A stretch of 64,000 bases of DNA, taken from the NCBI GenBank assembly GCA_963721805.1, contig CAVRJY010000001.1, positions 384,001-448,000 of the forward strand, in the 5' to 3' direction. The DNA is from Nitrospirota bacterium. GTDB lineage: Bacteria > Nitrospirota > Thermodesulfovibrionia > Thermodesulfovibrionales > JdFR-86. Below, piece after piece: positions 9,401 to 20,900 of this stretch. Numbering within the stretch: the first letter of the stretch is position 1; each line of letters begins with the position of its first letter. The notes beneath the pieces were generated by a model. It saw nothing but the letters and a program-made list of their open reading frames with translations. It made no database searches and was not told the DNA's origin. The translations under genes and the position numbers were made by a program.

Positions 9401-11269
9401 ATGAAAAATATCATGCCATGGATATCCGAACACCGCACGGTGCTCCTGTGGTGGCTGCTGCCGCTTGCGATTTTCATGTTCATGTACGGGGCCATGCTCA
9501 ATTTCCCGCTCAACGACCCGGACATCTGGTGGCACCTGAAGACAGGCGAGTACATCGTCACCCACTGGGAGGTGCCGAGCGTCGACCCCTTCGCCTACAC
9601 CACCGTAGTCCCGATGGACCACGACAAGCTCCTGGGGATGCGATCTCAGTGGCTCGGGCAGGTGATATTCTACGAGGTATTCAGATTTTTCGGGCTGCCG
9701 GGGCTGGGGATGTTCCGAAACCTGCTCGTGCTGATGCCGATGCTGATAGTCTATCTGTGGCTCATAAGCAGGGGGGTCGGCCATCTGCGGGCCTCGGCTG
9801 TCACGTTCTTCCCGCTGTACATATACGGATACCAGATATTTTACTCCTTTGAGCGTCCGCAGGGGCTGTCGTTCGGGCTGATAGCGCTCGTGCTGGTCCT
9901 GATCGAGCGCGTGCGCGAAAAGAGCCTCAAGCCTGGGATGGACTTCTCTTACTGGCTGCTGCCTCTGGCAATGGCGCTCTGGGCCAACATCCACGGAGGC
10001 TACGTCATCGGCGTGGCCGTGATAGGCATATATCTGGGCTCGGAATTCGCGGTCGAGCTTTATCGAAAGGTGCGCAAAAAGATCAATTTCCAGAGGGGCA
10101 GGGCCTTCTACGCAGCGGGCATAGGCTCGATAGCCGCCACGATGCTGACCCCTAACGGTCCATACCTGTTCCTGTCATATATGTTCGGCGGGATCGACAT
10201 GCTCCAGCGCGACCTGGCGAAGGTCACCTCCGGGATGGTCGGCGGACAGTCGGCGGCCAGCGGCCAGTGGGTCGAGAACATCGTGCTGGAGTTCCGCCCG
10301 CTGAGTTTCTTCTACCACGACCTGGGCTATACGTGGCTTAGGTACTACTGGGCGATGGTCGTGATCGCGATCGCCCTGATGCTGCTGAAGTTCATCCTGC
10401 GCCGCAGGGTCGAGCTGGCGCAGCTGCTCGTCTTCAGCCTGATAGCGTTCATGGCCGAGCAGCACGCGAGGATACTGATGTTCGCCCTGGCGGTGGTGCC
10501 GTTTTATATCGGCAAGGACCTCTCGGAGATCAAGGACCTGCCCGGCAAGCTGTGGGTATCGCTGAGGCTCGGGGCATACGCCTCTATGGTCATCCTCGCG
10601 GTCGGCTTCATGACTTATATGAAGGAGGCCGGCATCTCGCTGAAGCCCAACTTCAAGGCCACCGACCAATGGATAAGCCCGTGGTACCCGTTTGACCTCG
10701 CGCAGTTCATCGAGCAGAACAAGATACCCGGCCCGATGTACAACTACTACACATGGGGCGGGTTCCTCATCTGGAGCCTCTATCCCGACTACCGCGTGTT
10801 CATCGACGGCCGGGCGCTGGACGACCTGGTCAACCGCACCGCGGACAGCATCCTGAAGACCGCGCCCGGATGGGACCAGCAGCTTGACGTCTACGGGATC
10901 AACTTCGTCGCGATACCGGTCATATACCGCGAATCCGGCCATATCATCCAGCTCGCCCCGGCCCTCGCGGAAAACCCGAACTGGAAGCTTATCTTCCTGG
11001 GCAACAACAGCGCCCTGTTCATACGCGACGTGCCGATGAACAAGGACCTGATAGACAAGTACAGCATCGACAAAAACGCGGTCTTCACCGAGATCATCGA
11101 CCTCGAGAACATGTTTTTGAGGGGCAACCCCACCAGCCCGGTCTACAACTTCGCCAAGGCCGACAGCCTGTTCCTGCTCGGCAAGTACGACGAGGCCAAG
11201 GCGATCTATTCGAGGTTCCCCGACTTGGCAGCCCCGGCGCTGCAGCGTCTCAAGGAGATGGGGCACTAA
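9401..11269 (+). CDS. Polytopic membrane protein, GT-C-like glycosyltransferase candidate with C-terminal TPR-like helices
   Basis: DPDIWWHL..G, ERPQ, WANIHGG, FIDGR motifs; many TM helices. Confidence 0.65.
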   Translation: MKNIMPWISEHRTVLLWWLLPLAIFMFMYGAMLNFPLNDPDIWWHLKTGEYIVTHWEVPSVDPFAYTTVVPMDHDKLLGMRSQWLGQVIFYEVFRFFGLPGLGMFRNLLVLMPMLIVYLWLISRGVGHLRASAVTFFPLYIYGYQIFYSFERPQGLSFGLIALVLVLIERVREKSLKPGMDFSYWLLPLAMALWANIHGGYVIGVAVIGIYLGSEFAVELYRKVRKKINFQRGRAFYAAGIGSIAATMLTPNGPYLFLSYMFGGIDMLQRDLAKVTSGMVGGQSAASGQWVENIVLEFRPLSFFYHDLGYTWLRYYWAMVVIAIALMLLKFILRRRVELAQLLVFSLIAFMAEQHARILMFALAVVPFYIGKDLSEIKDLPGKLWVSLRLGAYASMVILAVGFMTYMKEAGISLKPNFKATDQWISPWYPFDLAQFIEQNKIPGPMYNYYTWGGFLIWSLYPDYRVFIDGRALDDLVNRTADSILKTAPGWDQQLDVYGINFVAIPVIYRESGHIIQLAPALAENPNWKLIFLGNNSALFIRDVPMNKDLIDKYSIDKNAVFTEIIDLENMFLRGNPTSPVYNFAKADSLFLLGKYDEAKAIYSRFPDLAAPALQRLKEMGH

Positions 11270-11324
11270 GGCCGCCCCCGCAGGCGCGCGGTTGGGGGCG
11301 ACGGGAGACAGCGGGGCCATCGGC

Positions 11325-12972
11325 ATGCGCTTGGGCCCCCTGTTTGACAGGATACTCCCAGCTGCGTTTATTGCCGCCTGCGCGCTGTTTTATCTCGGCC
11401 CCATCGTAGAGGGCGATTTCTTCTGGCACCTGAGGGCCGGGCAGCAAATTGCCCTCAAGGGCATACCCTCCCATATACCAATACCCACCGAATGGGCCGG
11501 CCAGTGGCTCCTTTATGATATCTGGCGCCTGGGGGGCGGGGCCGCGGGGATAGTCCTGTTCAGGGCCACGGCGTACGTGCTGCTGCTGTGGCTGCTCTAT
11601 GCGTGGATGAGGCGCGGGGGGGCGGGGCGGTACGCCTCGCTGTTGCTGCTGTTTTTCCCTGCCGCGCTGTTTATGTCCTTCCCCAACGAGAGGCCGCAGC
11701 TCTTCACCTTCCTGCTATTCCCGCTCTGCGTGCTGCTGCTTGAACGGCACCGCGTTCGAGGCGGGCTTTGGCCCGCCGTCCTCCTGGGCCTGATGCTCCT
11801 CGTCTGGGCCAACGTGCATGCCGGGTTCCTGCTCGGCTACGCGGCCGCCTGTGTCTACTTCGCCGTCGCGGCATGGAGGGCGGCCACAAGGACCGCTCCG
11901 CCGTCGAGGGCCGTATCGCTCGGCGTCGTGCTAGTGCTGCCCGTGCTGCTGATGCTGTTTTACGGGGTCGATATCCCGGGGCTGGCGCGCCTGGTATGGG
12001 CGCAGGTCTTCAGCCCGACCGGCTATAGCGAGAGCCTCCAGGAAAACCTGCCCCCGCTTGTGGCGGCGCGGGCGATGGGCGAGTATTACCCCGCTTACTG
12101 GGGCTCGCTCCTGATGGTCGCGCTCGGGCTCTGGCATGGCCGCAAGCACCGCAGCATGCAGGCCGAGCACGCACTGCTGCTGATAATGTTCAGCGCCCTG
12201 TCGCTTCGGTCGCTGCGGTTCATGCCCTATCCGGCGATGCTCCTGCCGCTTGCGGCCGCGCAGGTCTCCGGCGCACTTGAAATCGACGGACGCCGCCTCT
12301 CGAAGTTCATGGGGCCCGCGGTCTTGGGCGCGGTGCTGGCCGCATGGTTCATCCTCGCCCACCCGGTGATAAGCCTCGATGCCAGCCCGGAGTTCCCGCG
12401 CGGGGCGGTGGAGTTCCTGGGGACGGCGCAGACCGGGGGCGATCTGTTTGTCTACCACGGCTGGACGGGGTATCTCTACTGGATGCTCCCCGGAGAAGCG
12501 GCAGCTGATGCGCGTCGAGGGCATCACGGAGGCGATGGACGAGGCTTACGACAAGATACTCTGGGCCGACGGGACGGACGTGATGGGCGAGCCCCAGTGG
12601 AGCGCGACGCTCGACGCCTACGGCCTCGACGTGATCGTCGTGCCGGCCATGAGCCCGGTATCGGGCGAGCGGTTCCCGATAGTGGACGCGCTGCTTCAAA
12701 GCGCGCATTGGTATCTCGTCTACCAGGACGATGTCGCGAACGTATATCTGAAGGACACCCCCGAAAACGCGGCCGTCATACGCCTGGATTCCCGGCCCAA
12801 GGCCAACGCGTATCTGCAGGGCGTGGAGCAGGCCCGGCGTGAGCTTGCAGGCGAGCCGCGCCGCGCCGCCGCATGGCGGAGCCTCGAGGAGCTTTACCTT
12901 AAACTCGGCCTGAAGAACGAGGCCGCCAGGGCCGCGCGGCGCGAGCTTCCGCCCCCGCTTGTACGGCGCTGA
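11325..12972 (+). CDS. Second GT-C-like membrane protein (frameshift near 12490)
   Basis: GDFFWHL..G, ERPQ, WANVHAG paralogous to the upstream gene; C-terminus continues in ORF 12379-12972. Confidence 0.6.
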
Positions 12973-13054
12973 GTGCGGTTAAATACCGTTGCGCCGGATG
13001 GCCCCCGGGGGGCCCCCTGCACGCGGCGCGGTATTTTGTTAGAATAATAGCCTT

Positions 13055-13534
13055 ATGAAGAAGAAAGCCAAAATCGCGGAGCGTCCGGGCTGGGACAGGT
13101 ATTTCCTGAACATCGCGCGCGAGGTCTCGAGGCGCGCCACGTGCTTCCGCCGCCGCTACGGCGCGGTCATCACCAAGGACAACAGCATCGTGAGCACCGG
13201 GTATAACGGCGCACCGCGCGGCATGACCGACTGCCTTACGGCAGGCGTATGCACCCGCAAGGAGCTGCAAGTGCCGCACGGCGAGCGCTACGAACTGTGC
13301 CACAGCGTCCATGCCGAGGCCAACGCGATTATCCGCGCCTCCATGCTCGAGATGAACGGCTCGGTGATATACATTAACGGCGCGGACGATGCCGATGCCG
13401 AGTGCGACTCGGCCCCGTGCATGATGTGCAAGCGCATGATCCTCAACGCCCGCATAGGGCGCGTGGTATACGCCGACGGCAAGGGCGGCATCATCGACGT
13501 CGACCCAGCCGACTGGCTGAATGAACGGATATAG
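13055..13534 (+). CDS. dCMP deaminase / ComEB family
   Basis: RPGWDRYF, TGYNGAP, HAEANA, PCMMC zinc motifs. Confidence 0.9.
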   Translation: MKKKAKIAERPGWDRYFLNIAREVSRRATCFRRRYGAVITKDNSIVSTGYNGAPRGMTDCLTAGVCTRKELQVPHGERYELCHSVHAEANAIIRASMLEMNGSVIYINGADDADAECDSAPCMMCKRMILNARIGRVVYADGKGGIIDVDPADWLNERI

Positions 13535-13569
13535 ATGAATGAGCGGATACAGATGAGAGGACGCCCCCG

Positions 13570-14347
13570 GTGGAGATGATCGACACGCTGATGCACATCG
13601 GCTGGCGCGACGCGCTCGACATCGCGCTCGTGGCCGCGATCCTCTACCGCCTGCTGCTGATCATCCGCGGCACGAAGGCCGCCGAGATGCTGATCGGGCT
13701 GCTCGGTGCTGCTGGTGGCCTCGATCGTCGCCAAGATGGTGCCGCTCCACACGCTGGACTGGCTCCTGCACGGGTTTTTGGGCTATATCATCATAGCCAT
13801 GATCGTGATCTTCCAGCCCGAGATCAGGCGCGCGCTGGCGCACATGGGCCAGACCTCGTTCCTGCAGGCCTTCGCCTCGGCCGAGGAGCTCAAGGGGCTC
13901 GAAGAGATCGTCAAGGCCGTCATATCGCTTGCGGACCGCAAGATCGGGGGCTTGATCGTGATAGAGCGCGAGACGAGGCTCCAGGACTTCGTGGAGCTCG
14001 GCACGCAGCTTGACGCAAAGGTCTCGCGCGAGCTGCTGATGAGTATTTTCCACCCGACCTCTCCGATACACGACGGCGCGGTCGTGATCAGGGGCAACCG
14101 CGTGGTCGCGGCCGGGTGCTTCCTGCCGCTCGCGGTGGCCGGAAACCTCAGCTCCACGATGGGCACCCGCCACCGCGCCGCGCTCGGCATAACCGAGGAG
14201 ACCGACGCGGTCGTGCTGATCGTCTCGGAGGAGACCGGCGGCATCTCGATGGCCATGGACGGAGAGCTCACCACGCACCTCGACATGGGCACGCTGCGCG
14301 ACGTCCTGCGCGACCTGTTCGCCGACAAGAAGGCGGCCCGGAAATGA
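13570..14347 (+). CDS. cdaA: Diadenylate cyclase CdaA/DacA (frameshift near 13705)
   Basis: N-terminal TM helices, FQPEIRRAL, HDGA, GTRHRAA. Confidence 0.9.
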
Positions 14348-14985
14348 CGAAGAACATCTGGCTTAAGATAGCTTCCGTACTCCTGGCCCTGACGCTCTGG
14401 GTCTTCGTGATGTCCAAGGGCCGCACGGAGGTCCTGATGGAGGTCCCGCTGATCTTCAGGGACGTGCCGGTCGGCCTTCAGGTCAAGGAGGCCAACAACA
14501 TGAACGTGACCGTGCACCTGCGCGGGGCCGAGAGCGCCGTGACCGCGGTCAAGAGCGGCGACATAAAGGCATACGTCACCCTCAGCGACGCCAGAAGCGG
14601 GGTCAACGCCATAAACATCTCCCCCTCGGACATCAAGAGCCCTCCCGAGGTCTCCGTCGTGATGGTCAACCCCTCGCAGGTCAAGGTCGAGCTCGAGGCC
14701 GTCCTGAAAAAGACCCTGCCGGTCGATGCCGTGGTCACCGGCGAGCCGATCCCCGGCTATGAGGTCACGAGCGTAGTGGTCACCCCGGCCAAGGTCGAGA
14801 TCGAGGGGCCGCAGTCGGTCGTGAAACCCATGAAGGAGATCAAGGCCCGCCCGGTGGACATCACGCTCGCCTCGGGCAGCGTGGCCGAGCGCGTGGCGCT
14901 CGACATACCGGCCGAGGGCGTCAAGACATCGGTCCGCAACGTGAGGGTCATCGTGAGGATCGCCAAAAAGGAAACCGGCAGATGA
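14344..14985 (+). CDS. cdaR: YbbR-domain regulator CdaR
   Basis: N-terminal TM anchor, YbbR-like repeats (GEPIPGY..VTP..VEIEGP), located between cdaA and glmM. Confidence 0.82.
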   Translation: MTKNIWLKIASVLLALTLWVFVMSKGRTEVLMEVPLIFRDVPVGLQVKEANNMNVTVHLRGAESAVTAVKSGDIKAYVTLSDARSGVNAINISPSDIKSPPEVSVVMVNPSQVKVELEAVLKKTLPVDAVVTGEPIPGYEVTSVVVTPAKVEIEGPQSVVKPMKEIKARPVDITLASGSVAERVALDIPAEGVKTSVRNVRVIVRIAKKETGR

Positions 14986-16332
14986 GGCTCTTCGGCACGG
15001 ACGGGATAAGGGGCCGCGTAAACCACCAGCCGATGAGCCCCGAGACCGTGCTCAGGGTCGGGATCGCGGCCGGACGAGTGCTGAGGCGGCCCAAGGGCCG
15101 CAACATGGTCATCATCGGCAAGGACACCCGGCGTTCGGGCTATATGATAGAGAGCGCGCTGACGTCCGGCCTCTGCTCGATGGGCATGGACGTCACGCTC
15201 GTGGGCCCCGTGCCCACGCCCGGCATCGCGTACCTCACGCGCGCGCTGCGGCTCGATGCCGGCATAGTGATATCGGCCTCGCACAACCCGTTTGAGGATA
15301 ACGGGATCAAGATATTCTCCCCGGAGGGCTTCAAGCTCCCGGACGATGTAGAGGCGCGGATCGAGGCCCTCGTACTCGACGACGAGGCCCTGATGGGGGG
15401 CCGCCCCACCGGAGACGCGATAGGGCGCGCCTACAGGCTCGAGGACGCGACCGGGCGGTACATCGAGTACGTGAAATCCACCGTGCCCAAGGGCATGACG
15501 CTCGAGGGGCTGCGCGTGGTCGTTGACTGTGCAAACGGCGCGGCGTACAAGGTCACGCCATGGGTCCTGCGCGAACTCGGGGCCGAGGTCATCTCGATCA
15601 ACGACAAGCCCGACGGCGTCAACATCAATGCCGGCTGCGGCTCCCAGCACCTTGAGGGGCTCGCCCGTGCCGTCAAGCTCCACAAGGCCCATGTGGGAGT
15701 GGCCCACGACGGCGACGCGGACCGCACTTTATTCGTGGACGAGCGCGGACGGGCCGTGGACGGCGACCGCATACTCGGGATGTGGGCCGTCGAGATGAAG
15801 GCGCAGGGCAGGCTAAAGGGCGATACGGTAGTGGCTACGGTCATGAGCAACCTCGGGCTGGAACGCTATCTTGAACAAAACGGAATACGATTAATCCGCA
15901 CGAGGGTCGGCGACCGCTACGTTACCGAGCGCATGATCTCGGGCGGGTATAACCTCGGAGGGGAGCAGTCGGGGCATATCGTGTTTTTCGACTACAACAC
16001 GACCGGCGACGGCCCGATCACCGCCCTGCACGTCCTGCACCTGATGAAGATGCGCGGCAGGCCGCTCTCGGAACTTGCCGGGCGCGATAAAGACATACCC
16101 GCAGGTGCTCATCAACGTGCCGGTAAAAAAGAAGGAGCACCTCTCGGAGCACCCCGAGATCGACGCCGCGATCAAGAAGGCCGAGGCCGGGATGGGCAGC
16201 TCGGGCCGCGTGCTCGTGCGCGCCTCCGGCACCGAGCACAAGATACGCGTTATGCTCGAGGGCAAAAGCAAAAAGCAGATTGATGCGCTTGCCGATTCGA
16301 TAGCAAAGGTCATAAAGGACAAGATGTCGTGA
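14982..16332 (+). CDS. glmM: Phosphoglucosamine mutase (frameshift near 16080)
   Basis: [28 protein letters not shown]-terminal RASGTE domain in ORF 16075-16332. Confidence 0.92.
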
Positions 16333-18630
16333 CCCCGCTTCTGTGCCTGCTTGCCGGGGGAGCGTCCCCGTGGGCCGCACAGTGGTTTCCGTTCTCGATA
16401 GCGATCCTCGTCACCCTCGCCGCGATATACCTGATCAGACACCGCCGGTACGCCGCGCTTGCGTTCATGGCGCTCGGCCTCATCATAGGATTCATTCAGT
16501 TGCAGTCACCCGGCCCGAGGGTCGAGTTCGGGGACAGGCCGGTGCAGGGTCGAGGGGTATTTCGTCTCGCCGGCCGCGCGGCGCATGACCGGATACTCGC
16601 AGGAGTTCCGCGCCGTCAGGCCCGAGGGGCTCTTAAGCGCGCCTGTGCAGGTGCTCGGTGAGCGGAGGTATGACATGGGCCGCTGGCATGAGATGGCACT
16701 TGAGATCCACGGCCCCGCCGCGAGGCTCAACCCCGGCGAGCTTGACCGCAAGCCATACGCGCTGGTGCATGGCGAGCGCGAGCTGGAGCTGCCCGACCCC
16801 GGCGGGGTGGGGCTCGCCTTCGGCAGGATGCGCGAGCGCATAGACCGATACTTCGAGACGCGCTACGCGGCGGACGAGGCCGCGCTCCTAAGCTCGGTTA
16901 CGACGAGCGGCAGGGGCCTGATGAGCCCGGCGGTGCGCGCGGCGTTCTCAAACTCCGGGCTCGCGCACATGCTCAGCATCTCGGGCTCGCACTTCGGGCT
17001 CCTGATCGGGGTGCTCTATTTCATGTCGCTTCAGGGGATGAGGCTCCTTCCTGGACGGGCCCTGGAGCGCATGGCGCTATACGTCTCGGTCAGGCAGGCC
17101 GCGGCCCTGCTCACGCTCCCGGCGCTGGCGTTTTATCTGGGCCTGAGCGGGGCGAGCGTCCCGGCCCTGAGATCGGTCATGATGGTCGGGCTTACGATAT
17201 TCGGGCTGTTTCTGGGCCGCCGGGGGGACTGGCTCAACATGCTCCTGCTCGCGGCCTCGCTGATCGTGCTGTGGGACCCATCCGAACTAGGCTCACTCTC
17301 GTTCGAGCTCTCGTTTCTTGCGGTGTTGTTTATATGCATGTTCATAAAAGACAGAGAACCGGTCGAACCCGGAGAGACCGGGATCCACTGGGCGGGGCGC
17401 GCGACAATCAAGCTCAGGGACATGCTCATAGTCGGGGTCGCGGCGGTGCTCGGCACCGCGCCGCTTACCGCATACCACTTCCATAACTTCTCGGTCGTCT
17501 CGCCGGTGGCGAACCTGTTAATAGACCCCCTGATGGGCATGCTGATGGTCCCGCTGGCCCTGTTCGGCTCGATTGCCTATCTGCTGACCGGCTGGTTTCC
17601 CCTGTCGGACCTCCTTGGGCTGGTGGCCAGGTGGAGCCTGGACGCCACGCTCTGGATGGGGACGCTCAAGTACGGGGCGCTCCGGGTGCCGAACATCCCG
17701 CCCATAGCCATAGGGCTGTATTATGCCGGGTTCGTCGCGGCGTGGGCCACGCGGTTCAGGCCACGCGCATGGCTGTATGCGCTTGGCTCCGGGCTCTGCC
17801 TCGCGGCATTCGCGGCCCTGGCTCCGGCGCCGCGCATGAGCGTCACGTTTCTGGACGCCGGGCAGGCCGACGCGGCTGTCATCGAGACGGCGCGCGATAC
17901 CGTGGTCGTGGACACGGGCCGCACAGGCCGCGAGGTCGGGCGGTACCTCAGATGGCGGGGCATCGGGCATATCGACGCCCTGGCCCTGAGCCACGGCCAC
18001 GTCGACCACTGCGGCGGGACGGGATACCTTGCCGAGGCATTCGGGGTGGACGAGATATGGGACAACGGGATGCTCCAATACCCCGATGCGGTCCTCAGGA
18101 CCGCGCGCATCAGGGGCCTCAGCCGGGGCGACGTGATCAGTTCTACGGGTGGCGCGGAATTCAGCGTGTTTCACCCGCCCGTGGGGTATGAGGCCGCCGC
18201 CCGCGACGACAACAGCGATACGAACGACCACTCCCTCGTGCTCAGGCTTCATACAGGGGCGCTCTCGGTGATGTTTGGGGGCGACACCGAGGACGATGCG
18301 CTGGGGGACATGCTCTCTATAGGGCCTGACCGGCTCCACTCGCTCGTGCTCAAGGCCCCGCACCACGGGCATGTCAATTCAGAGACGGACGCGTTCCTCG
18401 ATGCGGTCGACCCGGGCTTCGTAGTGGTAAACGCCAAGATCCGGGAACCGATCGAGGACAGGCTGGCAGGTGCGCGCGTGCTGTATCCCCCGCTGGACGG
18501 CGCGGTGCGCATAGAGGAGGCCGCGTCCGGCCGCATCTCGGTGCGCGCTTACGGGGATTATCTTGTACAGCCGGCGAGTTCCGCGAAAATGGAATGGGCG
18601 AACCTCAGGCGGCTGTTCATGGCATGGTAA
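16329..18630 (+). CDS. comEC: DNA-uptake channel ComEC/Rec2 (frameshift near 16570)
   Basis: GLAHMLSISGSH competence domain; MBL domain FLDAGQAD, SHGHVDH, HHG. Confidence 0.88.
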
Positions 18631-18652
18631 TGCTGGCGTTATTTCCCGATCA

Positions 18653-18689
18653 TGACAAAAAAATACAATGAATGTGACATAATTTGTCA
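18653..18689 (+). promoter_or_regulatory. Putative enhancer-binding-protein (PilR-like) sites
   Basis: Inverted repeat TGACA-N5-TGTCA at 18675-18689 plus a half site TGACA 22 bp upstream, about 60 bp before a sigma54-like promoter. Confidence 0.55.
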
Positions 18690-18749
18690 GTTACAGGACC
18701 GAGCGAAAAACTTTTCCTTGATTTTAAAGCTGATTTCTGTTAAGTTCAA

Positions 18750-18765
18750 TGGCATGGAACTTGTA
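18750..18765 (+). promoter_or_regulatory. Sigma54-like promoter of the pilin gene
   Basis: TGGCATGGAACTTGTA vs TGGCAC-N5-TTGCW; correct spacing, T in place of C at -12. Confidence 0.55.
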
Positions 18766-18957
18766 CTATACTGACCGGACCGGAAAGACCGGGGAGGGTG
18801 ATAAGGCGTAAAATTCAGCAATATAGATAGCGCAAGTATACGCAAAGGGGGTGGTCTTAAGAAGCAGGCTCTGGTATCAGGCGGGGGACTGACTGGAAGC
18901 TCAAACCCACCTGTGGCGCAGGTTCATAAAAATCCAAATTCCTCAAAAGGAGGCAGC

Positions 18958-19665
18958 ATGTTCAAGATGGTTAACAAAGTAAGGGAGCGCAAGGGTTTTA
19001 CCCTGATCGAGCTCCTCATCGTCGTGGCGATCATCGGCATTCTCGCCGCTATCGCTATCCCGGCATACCTCGGCCAGCAGAAGAAGGCCAAGGCCCGCGC
19101 GCTCGAATCCACCTGCTCCAACACCGCGAAGGCCGCATCCGCGCTGGTCACTTCGGCCAACACCCTTGACGTTTTCGTTCTTAACGTAGACCCGTCCACT
19201 CAGGCCTGTTACGCGAACATTAACAGGCAGACTGTCGACACGACCGGGACCGGCGTACAAGGTCCCGCCTGTACGGCCAAGTATTCGGCGATCGTTACTA
19301 CGGGCACATACGGCACCGTCGGCGGGGGCGCTGACCCGCACGGCGTGATGGGCATCGCTTTGGGACTCCATGCCCAGGCCTGCGGCACCCTCGCCGCTGG
19401 CGACCTCGATGCCACCGCCCCGATAGCCGATGGCGGTGCGTTCGCCGGCCTCATGGAGGTCAGCCCGTACGATCCCGGTAGGTGCATTTTACACGACGGA
19501 GTCGATACTACGGCCGCTCCATACACCGTAACAGATGCCGACGCTGGCACCTGCGTTGTCGGCTACGATGCGACCGCCGGCTCGATGCGCGTCCTGATGG
19601 TCGACGATGACGGTACCGGCAAGAAGGGCGAAGTCACGGTGTTCCCGGTCGTCGGGAGCAACTAG
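18958..19665 (+). CDS. pilA: Type IVa major pilin
   Basis: AGGAGG RBS; KG/FTLIELLIVVAIIGILAAIAIPAY prepilin motif; followed by a terminator. Confidence 0.88.
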   Translation: MFKMVNKVRERKGFTLIELLIVVAIIGILAAIAIPAYLGQQKKAKARALESTCSNTAKAASALVTSANTLDVFVLNVDPSTQACYANINRQTVDTTGTGVQGPACTAKYSAIVTTGTYGTVGGGADPHGVMGIALGLHAQACGTLAAGDLDATAPIADGGAFAGLMEVSPYDPGRCILHDGVDTTAAPYTVTDADAGTCVVGYDATAGSMRVLMVDDDGTGKKGEVTVFPVVGSN

Positions 19666-19688
19666 TCTCTTATCTACAAACAACCTTA

Positions 19689-19722
19689 CGGGGCAGGGGT
19701 ATCGTACCCTGCCCCGCTTTTT
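19689..19722 (+). terminator. Intrinsic terminator after pilA
   Basis: CGGGGCAGGG...CCCTGCCCCG stem followed by CTTTTTT. Confidence 0.8.
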
Positions 19723-19743
19723 TATAGGGGGACGCGCGTATAG

Positions 19744-20289
19744 ATGAAACACTCAAAGGGCTTCACCCTGATTGAACTCCTCATCGTCATAGCGATCATA
19801 GGCATACTCGCGGCCATTGCCATCCCCGCTTACCTCGGCCAGCAGAAGAAGGGCGCAAACCAGGAGGCATACGCCAACCTCCAGAGCCTCCGCGTCCTGC
19901 TCGAGCAGCGCTACGCCGAGAGCGGGAAATATCTGGACCCGCCCGACGGCACGGTATATAACTATAACGTCACCGACACCAAGCTCCAGATGCTCCAGTC
20001 CTCCGGAGGAGCCGGGCTCACCGGGTTTCAGCCCGGCAACCCCCGTGACCTGAAATTCGACTACGCGGTTGTGAGCTGCCCGACCGACAACCCGCCGGTA
20101 CCCAACAAAGGCTACGGCAAGTGCGACGCCACCGGCCTTCCGTCATGTGTCGGCGGAGGCACGCTCGCCGGACAGGCGTTCATCGCATGTGCTGTCGGCA
20201 GGGCGGGCACGCTCGTCGGGGGCTCGGGGGCTGCCAACACCGGGGCCGAGGTCTTCTGGATAAACAACTTCAACCAGAACGATTTCTGA
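19744..20289 (+). CDS. Second type IV pilin (minor, PilE-like)
   Basis: KG/FTLIELLIVIAIIGILAAIAIPAYLGQQKK; Cys-containing C-terminal domain. Confidence 0.88.
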   Translation: MKHSKGFTLIELLIVIAIIGILAAIAIPAYLGQQKKGANQEAYANLQSLRVLLEQRYAESGKYLDPPDGTVYNYNVTDTKLQMLQSSGGAGLTGFQPGNPRDLKFDYAVVSCPTDNPPVPNKGYGKCDATGLPSCVGGGTLAGQAFIACAVGRAGTLVGGSGAANTGAEVFWINNFNQNDF

Positions 20290-20299
20290 TCCGCCAGCT

Positions 20300-20890
20300 G
20301 TGCGGATCGTCGTAGCCACACGCAACCGTAAGAAGGTCGAGGAGATAGCCCGCATCCTCGAAGGCACCGGTGTGCAACTGCTCTCGCTGGACGATTGCCC
20401 GGGCTGCCCCGAGGTAGTGGAGGACGCACCGGACTTCAGGGGCAATGCGGTCAAAAAGGCGCTCTCTATCATGGAGCATACCGCAGAGGCCGCGCTTGCG
20501 GACGACTCCGGCCTTGCCGTCGACGCCCTCGGCGGCGAGCCCGGCGTATACTCGGCCCGGTACTCCGGCGAGGGCGCAACGGACGCAACCAACCTGCAAA
20601 AGCTGCTCAAAGAGCTGCAGGGCGTGCCATACGACCATCGTACCGCGAGGTTCGTGTGCGTCATCGCGCTCGCTGTGCCGGGCGCACAGGCCATCACGTT
20701 CGAGGGCAGGGTCGAGGGCCGGATAGGCACAGCGCCCCGTGGCTCCAACGGGTTTGGTTACGACCCGGTGTTTTTCCCCGAAGGCCACACCCGCACTTTT
20801 GCCGAGATGTCGGCCGCTGAAAAAGACTCGATGTCGCACCGGGGCCGGGCGCTAGAGGCACTCAAACGATACCTTATAACTCTTTTGTGA
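20300..20890 (+). CDS. rdgB: dITP/XTP pyrophosphatase
   Basis: ATRNRKK, ADDSGL, PGVYSARY, GFGYDPVF, SHRG. Confidence 0.95.
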   Translation: MRIVVATRNRKKVEEIARILEGTGVQLLSLDDCPGCPEVVEDAPDFRGNAVKKALSIMEHTAEAALADDSGLAVDALGGEPGVYSARYSGEGATDATNLQKLLKELQGVPYDHRTARFVCVIALAVPGAQAITFEGRVEGRIGTAPRGSNGFGYDPVFFPEGHTRTFAEMSAAEKDSMSHRGRALEALKRYLITLL

Positions 20891-20900
20891 TACCTCTTTG

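Noticed and set aside
14982..16332. glmM, tmk and actP as true pseudogenes or programmed frameshifts
   Set aside because: glmM and tmk are normally essential, motifs are intact and no slippery sites were seen; sequencing error is more parsimonious
18770..18900. c-di-GMP-I (GEMM) riboswitch in the pilin leader
   Set aside because: ACGCAAAG...GGTCTTAAG and a GAAA-loop hairpin are present but about 50 nt apart, and the P1/P2 pairing could not be built
18913..18957. Long pilin isoform from an upstream GTG
   Set aside because: No RBS before the GTG, whereas ATG 18958 has AGGAGG
18958..20289. Short conductive e-pilin
   Set aside because: Both pilins have full-length globular heads (235 and 181 aa)
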